This document shows positions 9,679-20,462 of a DNA stretch of 64,000 nucleotides, one piece after another. The stretch's first letter is position 1, and each line of letters starts with the position of its first letter. The notes beneath the pieces are model-generated. The model saw nothing but the letters and a program-made list of their open reading frames with translations. It was not told where the DNA came from and did no database searches. Position numbers and translations under genes: made by a program. Where the stretch lies: NCBI GenBank assembly GCA_046046665.1, contig JBJOJI010000003.1, forward strand, positions 1,318 through 65,317. The letters run 5' to 3'. The stretch comes from Actinomycetota bacterium. GTDB taxonomy: Bacteria; Actinomycetota; Actinomycetes; Actinomycetales; Microbacteriaceae.

Positions 9679-10751
9679 CTTCTTTCACTCAAACGGTTCG
9701 CGTGGTAGGTGCCGGACTTCTTGGAACAAGTATTGGGTTAGCTCTAACCAAGCAGGGCGTAGCAGTTGCTATTGCTTCCCAGTCTGCTAAGAGCGTAGAA
9801 CTTGCTGTTAAGTACGGCGCAGGCAGAATTGCCAAAGACTCGGATTCTCCAGATTTGATTGTGGTTTGTGTGCCGCCAAACCTAACCGCAAAAATTATTA
9901 GCCAAGAACTAGAACAATTCCCAAACGCGATTGTCACAGATGTGGCAAGCGTCAAGGCAAGCGTTCTAAACGAACTCATCGCCCTTGGTGCACCAATCGA
10001 TCGGTACGTTGGCTCGCACCCAATGGCTGGTCGTGAACGAGGGGGTGTAATTGCTGGTCGCGCAGATTTATTTGTTGGACGTCCTTGGGTAATAACTCCA
10101 AATGAAAAATCAAAACCCGAAGGTGTAGCACTAGTAAAGCAACTTGCTATTGCCCTTGAGGCATCGGTAATTGAAACCACCGCTGTTGATCATGATCGTG
10201 CGGTTGCTTTGGTTTCACATGTTCCACAATTAATTTCAAGTCTTCTTGCGTCGCGTCTGGTTGATGCAAACGCAAACGATGTCTCTTTTGCGGGCCAAGG
10301 ACTGCGCGACACAACAAGAATCGCAGCTAGCGACCCAGTCTTATGGATGCAAATTATTCAAGCAAATTCTAGAGAAGTGCAAGCAGTATTGATGGCGTAC
10401 CAGGCTGAGCTTGACGGCGTAGTATCGGCTCTCTCTAACGTTGCTGATGCTGCAAATTACGAGATCATTGAATCGGTGCTCATGGCGGGCAATGTTGGAA
10501 TAGAGAAGATTCCAGGCAAGCATGGAACTAAGCATTCAACCTATGCTCAGGTTGTTGTGATGATCGATGACAAGCCCGGTGAACTGGCGCGCCTATTAAC
10601 CGAGGTTGGCGAAATTGGCATCAACCTAGAAGAGCTAAAACTCGAACACTCACCAAGCGCCCAAATTGGTTTGGTTGAATTGTATGTTTTGCCGGCTGCA
10701 GAGCAATCTCTGATTGCCGATTTGCAGACGCGTGGTTGGCGAATTGCATAA
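9675..10751 (+). CDS. tyrA: Prephenate dehydrogenase with C-terminal ACT domain
   Basis: GAGLLG Rossmann motif, DVASVK, HPMAG, HD..VA.VSH, DKPGELA ACT. Confidence 0.93.
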   Translation: MTSFTQTVRVVGAGLLGTSIGLALTKQGVAVAIASQSAKSVELAVKYGAGRIAKDSDSPDLIVVCVPPNLTAKIISQELEQFPNAIVTDVASVKASVLNELIALGAPIDRYVGSHPMAGRERGGVIAGRADLFVGRPWVITPNEKSKPEGVALVKQLAIALEASVIETTAVDHDRAVALVSHVPQLISSLLASRLVDANANDVSFAGQGLRDTTRIAASDPVLWMQIIQANSREVQAVLMAYQAELDGVVSALSNVADAANYEIIESVLMAGNVGIEKIPGKHGTKHSTYAQVVVMIDDKPGELARLLTEVGEIGINLEELKLEHSPSAQIGLVELYVLPAAEQSLIADLQTRGWRIA

Positions 10752-11416
10752 TGGCTCCAGTAATTGTTGCAATTGACGGTCCAGCTGGGTCTGGTAAATC
10801 ATCTGTGAGTAAGCAGGTCGCTCGAGAGAAGAACTTCGGCTACCTTGATACCGGCGCTGCCTATCGAGCTTTGGCGTGGGCCAGCCTAAATCTTCCGGGC
10901 TTCAGCCTCAAGGAACTTGAAAACAAAGATTTGGCCGAATCCTTTGCGTACTCAATCTCGATTGATCCAGATAATTACTGGGTCAGGGTTGGTGAGACAG
11001 ACATCACCCAGGCAATTCGAGACACTGAGGTGGCCGAGTTTGTCAGCCAAGTGGCTCGAATTCCCGCGGTTCGAAGCTATATGAAGGCTCTAACTCATCA
11101 AATAGTGGCGCAATCAGGCCGATTGGGCGTGATAGTTGAAGGTAGAGACATCACAACAGTTATTGCTCCTGAAGCCCCGGTAAGAATCCTGCTGACTGCC
11201 AGTGAAGCGGTTAGACTTAAGAGACGCTCAGCGGAACTTTCTGAAAGTGCCGCGGCCCGCGTAGTGCGTCAAGTAACTGAACGTGACGCCAGCGACTCAA
11301 AAGTCGTTGACTTTATGACACCAGCTCCTGGTGTAGAACTCGTGGATACATCTGATCTCAATTTCAACCAGTCGGTTTCTGCCGTGCTGGCTTTGATTGA
11401 GCAGGGTCTTTCCTAA
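10751..11416 (+). CDS. cmk: Cytidylate kinase
   Basis: IDGPAGSGKS, DTGAAYRA, EGRDI. Confidence 0.96.
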   Translation: MAPVIVAIDGPAGSGKSSVSKQVAREKNFGYLDTGAAYRALAWASLNLPGFSLKELENKDLAESFAYSISIDPDNYWVRVGETDITQAIRDTEVAEFVSQVARIPAVRSYMKALTHQIVAQSGRLGVIVEGRDITTVIAPEAPVRILLTASEAVRLKRRSAELSESAAARVVRQVTERDASDSKVVDFMTPAPGVELVDTSDLNFNQSVSAVLALIEQGLS

Positions 11417-11425
11417 GGATTAAGA

Positions 11426-12934
11426 ATGAATGAAGAAGAATTCCTAGCGGAACCAGCAGCACCAGAATTCATCGAGCGATTGCAAAACATGAGCACCGAT
11501 GAAGAAGAGTCTCGCGCTCGCGTTTTGCGTTCAGGTCTTGAGGACTACGACCTAGATGACGAAGACTTTGACGTGCTTGAAGCCGATGATGAACTGGTCG
11601 ACGGTCACTACTTCTTGCCTGCTCTTCCGGTGCTTGCTATTGTTGGTCGCCCAAACGTGGGCAAGTCTGCCTTGGTTAATCGAATTCTTGGTCGTCGTGA
11701 GGCTGTAGTCGAAGACAAGCCCGGCGTAACCCGTGACCGAGTCTCTTATAAGGCCGAGTGGAACGAACGTAAATTTACTTTGGTTGACACCGGAGGCTGG
11801 GAGCCAGATGCTCGCGGTATCGATAAGTCTGTTGCCATCCAAGCCGAGATCGCTGTGGAACTTGCCGACGCTGTTTTGTTTGTGGTTGATGCAATGGTTG
11901 GCGCAACCAGCACCGATGAGCGTGTTGTGAAGATGCTTCGCGCGTCGGGAAAGCCCGTTATTTTGGTGGCAAACAAAATTGATGATGTTCGCCAAGAACC
12001 TGAAGCTGCAAATCTGTGGTCTCTTGGGCTAGGCGAGCCTTACCCTTGTTCTGCCGTTCATGGTCGTGGTGTCGCCGATCTTCTAGATGCAGCCATGAAG
12101 GTCTTGCCAAAGATTTCAAATGTTGCAAAAGAAGAAATTGGTGGTCCACGTCGCGTTGCTCTAATCGGGCGACCTAATGTTGGAAAGTCGTCGCTGCTAA
12201 ACCGCGCTGTTGGTTCTGAGCGAGCAGTGGTAAATGATCTTGCCGGTACTACTCGAGATCCAATTGACGAGCAGGTTGAACTTGGTGGCAAGGCTTGGCG
12301 TTTTGTTGACACCGCAGGTATTCGTCGCCGTGTTCACCTAGCTCAAGGTGCTGATTTTTACGCATCGCTTAGAACCGCTGCAGCGCTAGAGCGCGCAGAA
12401 GTCGCGGTCGTTCTTTTTGATGTGACTCAGCCGATCAGTGAAGCGGACATTCGCATCGTTGACATGGCCCTTGAATCAGGCCGCGCTTTAGTACTTGCTT
12501 TCAATAAGTGGGACGAACTTGATGACGAACGTCGCAAATACCTCGAGCGAGAGATTGAGCAAGATCTGGCTCACGTTGATTGGGCGCCACGCGTAAACAT
12601 TTCAGCCAAGACTGGCCGACACTTAGAAAAGCTTGTGCCGGCTCTTGAAGTTGCACTTGACTCATGGGATCAGCGAATTGCAACTGGAAAGCTAAACGCT
12701 TTTGTTCAAGAACTTGCAATGGAAACCCCGCACCCGGTTCGCGGTGGCAAGCAGCCTAGAATTCTTTTCGCAACTCAGGCAAGCAGCCGCCCACCAAAGT
12801 TTGTTTTGTTTACAACTGGCTTCCTAGACCCGGGCTACCGCCGCTTCATTACGCGTCGCTTGCGTGAAACCTATGGTTTTGAAGGCTCGCCAATTGAAGT
12901 AGGTATGCGAGTACGTGAGAAACGTAAGCGCTAA
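11426..12934 (+). CDS. der: Ribosome biogenesis GTPase Der (EngA)
   Basis: Two GRPNVGKS P-loops, DTGG/DTAG, NKID/NKWD, KH-like tail and an acidic N-terminal extension. Confidence 0.98.
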   Translation: MNEEEFLAEPAAPEFIERLQNMSTDEEESRARVLRSGLEDYDLDDEDFDVLEADDELVDGHYFLPALPVLAIVGRPNVGKSALVNRILGRREAVVEDKPGVTRDRVSYKAEWNERKFTLVDTGGWEPDARGIDKSVAIQAEIAVELADAVLFVVDAMVGATSTDERVVKMLRASGKPVILVANKIDDVRQEPEAANLWSLGLGEPYPCSAVHGRGVADLLDAAMKVLPKISNVAKEEIGGPRRVALIGRPNVGKSSLLNRAVGSERAVVNDLAGTTRDPIDEQVELGGKAWRFVDTAGIRRRVHLAQGADFYASLRTAAALERAEVAVVLFDVTQPISEADIRIVDMALESGRALVLAFNKWDELDDERRKYLEREIEQDLAHVDWAPRVNISAKTGRHLEKLVPALEVALDSWDQRIATGKLNAFVQELAMETPHPVRGGKQPRILFATQASSRPPKFVLFTTGFLDPGYRRFITRRLRETYGFEGSPIEVGMRVREKRKR

Positions 12935-12952
12935 ATAGCTTTTTTAGAGGCT

Positions 12953-14860
12953 CTAGTTGGGTTTGTATTGCTCAGCTAGGGCCTTTTTCAAGTCATCTAG
13001 AACCGTTGGATCCTCTATGGTAGGCGGAACTTTGTATTCTTCGCCATCCACAATCTGGCGCATAGTCTTGCGAAGCACTTTACCTGAACGTGTCTTTGGA
13101 AGGCGCTGAAGTACAACCACGTCTTTGAATGCCGCAACGGGACCCACGACGTCGCGAACGATTGCGATAACTTCTTTGCGTAGTTTCTCTTCATCAATTT
13201 CGTGGCCGTGTTTGAAGGTAATAAAGCCAACGGCACGTTGACCTTTCAATTCATCTTTCACACCTGTGACTGCGCATTCAGCAATAGCATCATGACCGGC
13301 AATGGCTTCTTCCAGCTGACCGGTAGATAGCCTGTGACCGGCAACGTTTATGACGTCATCGGTGCGACCCATAACGTATACGTACCCATCGTCATCTACA
13401 CGCCCTGAATCACCTGTGGCGTAAAAGCCATCAAAGACATTGAGGTAAGCCTCTTTATATCCATTTGGGCGACCCCAAAGGCCAGAAAGCGTTCCCGGTG
13501 GCATCGGTAAGGCAATAACAATGTTTCCGTCTTTACCGTTTTTAATTGGCGAACCTTTTGAATCAACAACAGCGACCTGGTAACCGGGAACTGGAACACT
13601 AGGGGAGCCCGGCTTTACCGCAAGTGATTCTATTCCTCGTGGGTTGGCGGCAATAGGCCAGCCTGTTTCGGTTTGCCACCAGTTATCAATTACCGGGCAG
13701 TGCAGTGCATCGGCTGCCCATTGATATGTTTCAGTATCCAAACGCTCGCCTGCAAGAAAAAGAGTGTCCAGCGAGGTCACGTCATAATTTTTTAGCAATT
13801 CAAGTTCAGGATCCATGCGGCGTATCGCACGAATTGCGGTAGGTGCGGTGAAGAGCACTTTGACTTTATGTTCGTTTATTACACGCCAGAACGCACCCGC
13901 ATCAGGTGTGCCAATTGGTTTACCTTCGTATACCACTGTTGTGGCACCAGCAATTAGTGGAGCGTAAACAATGTATGAGTGCCCAACTACCCAGCCAACA
14001 TCTGAAGCCGCCCACATTACGTCACCGGCTTCGATGTTATAAATGTTTTTCATTGACCAATTCATTGCAACGGCATGGCCACCGTTATCGCGAACAATTC
14101 CTTTTGGGTTTCCAGTTGTGCCAGAGGTATAAAGAATATATAGAGGGTCTGTAGCTAATACCGCTACAGCAGCTTGCGGCTTGGCGCTGGCAATTGCTTC
14201 TTTCCAACTTAGCCAGTGCACGTCTGTTTGTTCATCAAAATCTTTTACCGAACCGGGCACCGCCGCACGTTCGTGAACAATTACAGACTTCACAGAACCC
14301 TTAGACATGGCCAGTGCTTTTTCGATAATCGGTAGGTATTCAACGTGCCGACCCGGTTCGAATCCGCCGCTAGATGTGACAATCACTTTTGGCGTTGCGT
14401 CATCAATGCGCACTGCAAGTTCATTCGCTGCGAATCCGCCAAATACCACAGAGTGAATTGCCCCAATTCGAGCACAGGCCAACATTGCATACAGCGCCTC
14501 AGGAATCATCGGCATGTAAATGATTACGCGATCACCTTTAGTGACACCTTGATTCACCAGTGCCCCTGCAAATAGAGATACCCTTTCAAGCAGCTCGCTA
14601 TAGGTGTGAAACTTTTTTGTTCCCGTCATCGCCGAGTCATAAATAATTGCCGTTTGTTCGCCTCGACCTGCCAAAACGTGACGGTCAACGGCATTGAAGC
14701 AAGTGTTAATTTCAGCGTCAGGAAACCAGCGATAAACCGGCGCTTCGCTTGAATCTAAAGCTTGGGTTGGGGCCTTGATCCAGTCCACACCTTTGGCCGC
14801 GTCGAGCCAGAAACCATTTGGGTCATCGCAACTGTGCTGATAAACCTCTTGATAGGTCAT
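12953..14860 (-). CDS. prpE: Propionyl-CoA synthetase
   Basis: YILYTSGTTGNPKG, DNWWQTETG, PKTRSGK. ATG 14860 follows a strong GAGGAGG RBS. Divergent from prpDBC. Confidence 0.9.
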   Translation of the reverse strand: MTYQEVYQHSCDDPNGFWLDAAKGVDWIKAPTQALDSSEAPVYRWFPDAEINTCFNAVDRHVLAGRGEQTAIIYDSAMTGTKKFHTYSELLERVSLFAGALVNQGVTKGDRVIIYMPMIPEALYAMLACARIGAIHSVVFGGFAANELAVRIDDATPKVIVTSSGGFEPGRHVEYLPIIEKALAMSKGSVKSVIVHERAAVPGSVKDFDEQTDVHWLSWKEAIASAKPQAAVAVLATDPLYILYTSGTTGNPKGIVRDNGGHAVAMNWSMKNIYNIEAGDVMWAASDVGWVVGHSYIVYAPLIAGATTVVYEGKPIGTPDAGAFWRVINEHKVKVLFTAPTAIRAIRRMDPELELLKNYDVTSLDTLFLAGERLDTETYQWAADALHCPVIDNWWQTETGWPIAANPRGIESLAVKPGSPSVPVPGYQVAVVDSKGSPIKNGKDGNIVIALPMPPGTLSGLWGRPNGYKEAYLNVFDGFYATGDSGRVDDDGYVYVMGRTDDVINVAGHRLSTGQLEEAIAGHDAIAECAVTGVKDELKGQRAVGFITFKHGHEIDEEKLRKEVIAIVRDVVGPVAAFKDVVVLQRLPKTRSGKVLRKTMRQIVDGEEYKVPPTIEDPTVLDDLKKALAEQYKPN

Positions 14861-14941
14861 GTCTTTCCTCCTCATTGAGAAATGCGGTCTTAATTGACAG
14901 CACCTGACATCCGGGGCCGTTTCGGTAACCCTGTTGATAAA

Positions 14942-15012
14942 TGTATACAAAGAATGACGAAAATCTGCCAAAAACGGGCAAATATGCCAAAATGTTATTT
15001 GTTTTGTATACA
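14942..15012. promoter_or_regulatory. Candidate GntR (FadR-subfamily) operators: two TGTATACA palindromes in the divergent promoter
   Basis: TGTATACA at 14942-14949 and 15005-15012, between prpE and the GntR gene. Confidence 0.65.
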
Positions 15013-15052
15013 CTAACCATTAATCACACCGATAATTGGTCTAGGAGGAGCG

Positions 15053-15715
15053 ATGAGAGCAAGCGATAAGGCTTATCGGGCCCTGCTTGACGACATCGTT
15101 GACGGCAGTTTGGCCCCAGGCACCGCCTTGGCCGAGGTAGAGCAGTCTGAGCGGCTTGGTGTGTCTAGAACTCCACTTCGGGAGGCTCTTTCTCAGTTGC
15201 GTAAAGATGGCCTGATTGAGCAAACCAGAGGCCGAGGTCTCACCGTGACAGATGTCTCGCTAGATGACATTGTTGAACTCTATGAGCTTCGCCAACCGCT
15301 TGAGCAGCAGGCAGTCAAGTTGGCCGCACAACGAGGTAATTCTCAAATTTTCGGCCAACTCGCTGCAGAATTTCGAAATGCCGAACGATTAATTGAGGGC
15401 GGCGAGGTGGGTATCCGTGCCTACTACCAACTGAACGAGCGCCTAGATCAGGCCATCGAAGACGCAATCAGTAGCCCATATCTTGTAGCCGCACTCAAGT
15501 CTTTGCACTTGCACCTGGCCCGCATTCGCCGCCTGTCACGCCGTGACCCGGTCAGATTAAAAGCCGCCGCCATTGAAACCCTTGTGATCATCGAAGCAAT
15601 TGTTGATCGCAATCCAGAACTTGCTGCCAGTGCCACGCAGGTGCACATGCAGCAAAGCCTAAAAAATGCCCTCGAAGCCGCACGGTCAAGAGAAGTAACC
15701 CAGCGAGTCGCCTGA
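15053..15715 (+). CDS. GntR family regulator (FCD domain)
   Basis: wHTH LGVSRTPLREAL plus an FCD-like C-terminus; AGGAGG RBS. Confidence 0.93.
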   Translation: MRASDKAYRALLDDIVDGSLAPGTALAEVEQSERLGVSRTPLREALSQLRKDGLIEQTRGRGLTVTDVSLDDIVELYELRQPLEQQAVKLAAQRGNSQIFGQLAAEFRNAERLIEGGEVGIRAYYQLNERLDQAIEDAISSPYLVAALKSLHLHLARIRRLSRRDPVRLKAAAIETLVIIEAIVDRNPELAASATQVHMQQSLKNALEAARSREVTQRVA

Positions 15716-15736
15716 CTCGAGAAAAAAGGAGCTGCA

Positions 15737-17260
15737 ATGAAGCTGCACCAAGTACGCGTTTATAAAAGTGAAGAAACTTTAGAGCGCAAAGACCAACTTG
15801 CTTGGAAAATAGCAGAGGTTGCTGCCGACCCGGTTGAGATTTCGCCAGAGGTTACCGAAATGGTTATCAACCGTCTAATTGATAATGCTTCGGTGGCCGC
15901 AGCCTCGCTTACTAGAAAGCCGGTTGTCTCTGCACGTTCACAGGCTATGGCGCATCCAAAAACTTCAAATGGTGCTGGCGCAAATGTTTTTGGCGAACCT
16001 GCCGAGGTGCGTGTCTCACCTGAGTGGGCTGCTTGGGCAAACGGGGTAGCGGTGCGCGAACTTGATTACCACGATACATTTTTGGCTGCAGACTATTCAC
16101 ACCCTGGCGATAACATTCCGCCTATTCTTGCTGTTGCTCAGCACCTTGGAGTTAACGGTGCAGATTTAATTCGTGGCATTGCCACTGGCTACGAAATTCA
16201 AGTTGATTTGGTTCGTGCAATTTGCCTTCACAAGCACAAGATTGATCACGTGGCGCACCTTGGCCCTTCGGCGGCTGCCGGTATTGGCACAATGTTGAAG
16301 CTTCCAGTTGAGACAATTTTTCAGGCCATCGGTCAAGCGCTGCACACCACTACAGCAACGCGACAATCACGAAAAGGTGAAATCTCGAGTTGGAAGGCTC
16401 ACGCCCCAGCATTTGCCGGCAAGATGGCCGTTGAAGCGGTAGACCGCGCAATGCGCGGTGAGACCAGCCCAACTCCAATCTACGAAGGCGAAGACGGAGT
16501 AATCGCTTGGATGCTGGACGGCCCTGATGCTAATTACTCTGTGCCTTTGCCAGAAAAAGGTGAAGTAAAACGTTCGATCCTCGACACCTACACAAAGGAA
16601 CACTCTGCCGAATACCAGGCTCAGGCATGGATTGATCTTGCTAGAAAACTTAACCGTGAGCACCCGGAAATTTCGGACCCTAACAATGTTGAGTCAGTTG
16701 TCATTCACACCTCGCATCACACGCACTACGTAATTGGTTCAGGGGCTAACGACCCGCAAAAGTACGATCCAACTGCAAGTAGAGAAACTCTGGACCACTC
16801 AATTCCTTACATCTTTACCGTTGCTCTTCAAGATGGTGCTTGGCATCACGTTGATAGCTATGCGCCGGCGCGTGCAGCGCGCCCAGACACCGTTGAATTG
16901 TGGAATAAAACCACAACTCTCGAAGACAAAGAGTGGACTCGCCGCTACCACTCAATTGATCCAAACGAGAAGGCGTTTGGTGGGCGCGTAGAGGTAATCC
17001 TGAAAGATGGTTCAAAAATTATCGATGAAATTGCAGTTGCAGATGCTCACCCGCTTGGTGCACGCCCATTTGCTCGTGAGCAATACATTCAAAAGTTCAA
17101 GACGCTGGCTGCAGATGTTCTTGAAGTTTCCGAAATTGATCGCTTCTTAAACCTGGTTCAACGCCTGCCGGAACTAACTGCAGCAGAAGTAAATGGTCTA
17201 ACCATTGTGGCTAAAGCTGGCGTGCTAGCATCTGCGCCAACACCTAAGGGAATCTTCTAA
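15737..17260 (+). CDS. prpD: 2-methylcitrate dehydratase
   Basis: [26 protein letters not shown]; operon with prpB and prpC. Confidence 0.96.
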   Translation: MKLHQVRVYKSEETLERKDQLAWKIAEVAADPVEISPEVTEMVINRLIDNASVAAASLTRKPVVSARSQAMAHPKTSNGAGANVFGEPAEVRVSPEWAAWANGVAVRELDYHDTFLAADYSHPGDNIPPILAVAQHLGVNGADLIRGIATGYEIQVDLVRAICLHKHKIDHVAHLGPSAAAGIGTMLKLPVETIFQAIGQALHTTTATRQSRKGEISSWKAHAPAFAGKMAVEAVDRAMRGETSPTPIYEGEDGVIAWMLDGPDANYSVPLPEKGEVKRSILDTYTKEHSAEYQAQAWIDLARKLNREHPEISDPNNVESVVIHTSHHTHYVIGSGANDPQKYDPTASRETLDHSIPYIFTVALQDGAWHHVDSYAPARAARPDTVELWNKTTTLEDKEWTRRYHSIDPNEKAFGGRVEVILKDGSKIIDEIAVADAHPLGARPFAREQYIQKFKTLAADVLEVSEIDRFLNLVQRLPELTAAEVNGLTIVAKAGVLASAPTPKGIF

Positions 17261-18171
17261 TGCTTTATGCCAAGACAACGCCTGCTGAAAAGCGCAAGGT
17301 ATTTCGTGAGCGTCTGGCTAGCGGCCAATTACTGCAGTTTCCTGGGGCGTTCAATCCTCTGTCGGCAAAGTTGATACAAGAAAAAGGTTTTGATGGTGTC
17401 TACATTTCTGGTGCTGTGCTTGCCGCAGACCTGGGCTTGCCAGATGTTGGGCTAACTACCCTCACCGAAGTGTCTGGACGTTCGCAGCAAATATCAAGAA
17501 TGACCGACCTACCAAGTTTGGTTGACGCCGATACCGGATTTGGTGAGCCGTTAAATCTTGCCCGAACAGTGCAGACTCTTGAAGATGCTGGGGTTGCCGG
17601 CATTCACATAGAAGACCAGGTTAATCCAAAGCGCTGTGGCCACCTCGACGGTAAAGCTGTTGTTGATGAAGACACAGCAGTAAAAAGAATTGCGTCAGCA
17701 GTTGATGCCCGCCGAGACCAAAACTTGCTGATTATGGCTCGAACAGATATTCGCGGAGTAGAGAATCTTCCAGCCGCCATTGATAGGGCAAAGCGTTTAG
17801 CAGATGCCGGAGCCGACGCAATATTTCCTGAGGCTATGAAAGATCTTTCAGAGTTTGAGGCCATGCGAAAAGCTGTGAATGTGCCAATTCTTGCCAACAT
17901 GACCGAGTTTGGTAAGAGCGAGCTATTTACCAAGCAGCAACTTGCAGACATTGGAATAAACATAGTAATTTACCCGGTTTCGCTTCTTCGCCTGGCAATG
18001 GGTGCTGCTATGCGTGGCTTAGAGGCTCTAAGCCAAGATGGAAATTTGCAAAACGTTGTTCCAGAAATGCAAACTCGCGCCGAGCTTTACGAGTTGCTTG
18101 ATTATGAGGCATACAACCAATTTGATTCAGGAATTTTCAACTTCAACCTAGACAGTCACATCAAGCACTGA
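17260..18171 (+). CDS. prpB: Methylisocitrate lyase
   Basis: DADTGFG, IEDQ..PKRCGH, ANMTEFGK. Confidence 0.97.
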   Translation: MLYAKTTPAEKRKVFRERLASGQLLQFPGAFNPLSAKLIQEKGFDGVYISGAVLAADLGLPDVGLTTLTEVSGRSQQISRMTDLPSLVDADTGFGEPLNLARTVQTLEDAGVAGIHIEDQVNPKRCGHLDGKAVVDEDTAVKRIASAVDARRDQNLLIMARTDIRGVENLPAAIDRAKRLADAGADAIFPEAMKDLSEFEAMRKAVNVPILANMTEFGKSELFTKQQLADIGINIVIYPVSLLRLAMGAAMRGLEALSQDGNLQNVVPEMQTRAELYELLDYEAYNQFDSGIFNFNLDSHIKH

Positions 18172-18198
18172 AACTTGCCAATCACGCAAAGGAGCTAA

Positions 18199-19323
18199 AT
18201 GAGCGAGCAAAAAGAAATTTATAAAGGCCTAGCCGGCGTTCCGGTTGACTACACGGCCATTTCAAAAGTCAATCCAGAAAGCAATTCTTTGCTTTATCGC
18301 GGGTACCCAGTTCAAGAGCTTGCTGCAAAAAAGAGCTTCGAAGAAGTCGCCTGGTTGCTTTGGAAAGGCGAGCTTCCAACAGCAGAGGAGCTCGCGAGCT
18401 TTACCAAACAGGAGCGCTCATTGCGTGCGTTGGATTCGGTCGTGAAAAAGGTGATTGACGATCTACCGCTAACCGCACACCCAATGGATGTCGTTAGAAC
18501 TGCGGTCAGCGTTATTGGAGCCTTGGATCCAAGTGCCGACGACTCAAGTCCAGCTGGAAATCTTGCCAAATCTATCTTGCTTTTCGCAAAATTACCGGCT
18601 GTGGTTTCTTATGATCAGAGGCGTCGTCATGGCCAGCCACTTATCGAGCCGCGTGCCGATCTAGATTATTCTGAGAACTTTTTGTGGATGACATTTGGTG
18701 AAATTCCCGAGGCTGTAGTCGTTGATGCATTCCGTATTTCGCTAGTACTTTATGCAGAACACTCATTCAACGCATCTACCTTCACTGCGAGAGTTATTAC
18801 CTCAACGCTCTCAGATTTGTATTCTGCTGTAACCGGAGCCGTTGGCGCATTGAAGGGGCCGCTGCACGGCGGCGCAAACGAAGCTGTGTTGCACATCTTC
18901 AACGAAATTGGCTTTGGTCCAGAAGCCGCGCAACGCTCTGAGGCTTGGCTTGAGAAAGCTCTTGCCGAGAAACGCAAGATTATGGGCTTTGGTCACCGCG
19001 TCTATAAGAGCGGTGACTCACGTGTGCCAACTATGCGCTCTGCCATGGTCAAATTGATTGACTACTATGAACGTCCCGATGTTCTTGAGCTTTACGAAGG
19101 TCTAGAAGCGGCGATGACTGAACGCAAGGGCATCTTGCCTAATCTTGACTACCCCTCGGGGCCGGCTTATCACCTGATGGGCTTTGACACTTTGACCTTC
19201 ACGCCTATTTTTGTGGCCGCTCGAATTACTGGATGGACTGCCCACATCATGGAGCAGTTGGCATCGAATGCTTTGATTCGGCCGCTATCTGTTTACAACG
19301 GAGTAGAAGAGCGTCACCTCTAG
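18199..19323 (+). CDS. prpC: 2-methylcitrate synthase
   Basis: YAEHSFNASTF, GPLHGGANE, GFGHRVY, PNLD; operon context. Confidence 0.93.
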   Translation: MSEQKEIYKGLAGVPVDYTAISKVNPESNSLLYRGYPVQELAAKKSFEEVAWLLWKGELPTAEELASFTKQERSLRALDSVVKKVIDDLPLTAHPMDVVRTAVSVIGALDPSADDSSPAGNLAKSILLFAKLPAVVSYDQRRRHGQPLIEPRADLDYSENFLWMTFGEIPEAVVVDAFRISLVLYAEHSFNASTFTARVITSTLSDLYSAVTGAVGALKGPLHGGANEAVLHIFNEIGFGPEAAQRSEAWLEKALAEKRKIMGFGHRVYKSGDSRVPTMRSAMVKLIDYYERPDVLELYEGLEAAMTERKGILPNLDYPSGPAYHLMGFDTLTFTPIFVAARITGWTAHIMEQLASNALIRPLSVYNGVEERHL

Positions 19324-19387
19324 ACCTAAACTCGCCACTGCACGCCCAAGATAGGTCATTGGGTTTTATTGACGTAAAATCGGCAAC

Positions 19388-19981
19388 ATGAGCACCCAGC
19401 CATCCCTGAGCATGAAAGAGCAGTTTTTAACTGTTCCTAATATGCTCAGCATGTTGCGCCTTGCCTTTGTTCCGGTGTTCCTTTACCTGCTCTTGAGCGA
19501 ACGATATCTTTCGGCAATTGTGGTTTTGGCTTTGTCTAGCCTTACCGATTACCTAGACGGCTATTTCGCTAGAAAATTTAATCAGGTAACCAGATTGGGT
19601 CAATTATTAGATCCGGCTGCAGACAGGCTCTATATTTTTTCTACGCTAGTTGGCCTTAGCGTCACCGGCATCATTCCTGTTTGGTTGGCTTTAGTAATTA
19701 TTGGGCGCGATTTGGTGCTTGCTATTGCTTATCCAATTCTGGCCAATCATGGTTATGGACCGTTGCCGGTGCACTACCTTGGCAAGACCGGAACCTTTGC
19801 CCTGCTATACGCTTTCCCGCTATTGCTTATGGCCTACATCTTTGAACCAGCCGCATTCATTCTTGAACCGCTCGCCTGGGCATTCGCTCTTTGGGGTGTG
19901 GGGCTTTACTGGTGGGGTGCTTTTGTGTACTTGCGTCAGGTGCGTGACATAGTGAAAAAAGGTGCCCCAAAAACCCATTAG
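19388..19981 (+). CDS. CDP-alcohol phosphatidyltransferase (PgsA2/cardiolipin synthase-like)
   Basis: DYLDGYFAR...G..LDPAAD motif; hydrophobic; conserved position upstream of the FHA gene. Confidence 0.92.
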   Translation: MSTQPSLSMKEQFLTVPNMLSMLRLAFVPVFLYLLLSERYLSAIVVLALSSLTDYLDGYFARKFNQVTRLGQLLDPAADRLYIFSTLVGLSVTGIIPVWLALVIIGRDLVLAIAYPILANHGYGPLPVHYLGKTGTFALLYAFPLLLMAYIFEPAAFILEPLAWAFALWGVGLYWWGAFVYLRQVRDIVKKGAPKTH

Positions 19982-19997
19982 GCTATTGCTCTAAGGA

Positions 19998-20462
19998 GTG
20001 GCAGCAAAAATGGAATCAGCAGAATTGGGCTTTGGGGGCTCGTCCGATGAGGTCGAATCCACCGCCGTTTTCAGTTCAGACCTACTCGCTGAATCGGGAC
20101 CGTTCCTAAATTCTGAGGAGCAAAAAGCCATTGAGGCGCTGCCTTCCGGATCAGCTCTTTTGATTGTGCAGCGTGGCCCAAACGAAGGTTCAAGATTCTT
20201 ACTTGACCAAGATGTAACCACTGTGGGCCGTCACCCAAATGCCGATATCTTTCTTGACGACGTAACCGTTTCGCGTCGCCACGCAGAATTCCATCGCCAC
20301 GGAAAGACTTTTCAAGTTAAAGATCTTGCTTCATTGAATGGCACCTATTATGAGAGCGTTCGAATTGATGCTGCCATGCTAGAGGATGGTTCTGAAGTTC
20401 AAATTGGAAAGTTCCGACTTACTTTTTACGCTTCAAAAGCAGACGGGTCAACTGGAAACTAA
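19998..20462 (+). CDS. garA: FHA domain protein, GarA/OdhI-like
   Basis: GRHP..DIFLDDVTVSRRHA, SLNGTY, QIGKFRL; N-terminal ESTAVF resembles the GarA ETTSVF phosphosite. Confidence 0.85.
   Translation: MAAKMESAELGFGGSSDEVESTAVFSSDLLAESGPFLNSEEQKAIEALPSGSALLIVQRGPNEGSRFLLDQDVTTVGRHPNADIFLDDVTVSRRHAEFHRHGKTFQVKDLASLNGTYYESVRIDAAMLEDGSEVQIGKFRLTFYASKADGSTGN

Noticed and set aside
12935-12952. tRNA or att site after der marking the prp block as a mobile island
   Set aside because: The spacer is only 18 bp, with no tRNA and no visible flanking direct repeat.
14861-15013. 51-aa N-terminal extension of PrpE in the ORF track
   Set aside because: A strong RBS precedes ATG 14860, and the extension spans the divergent promoter and operators.
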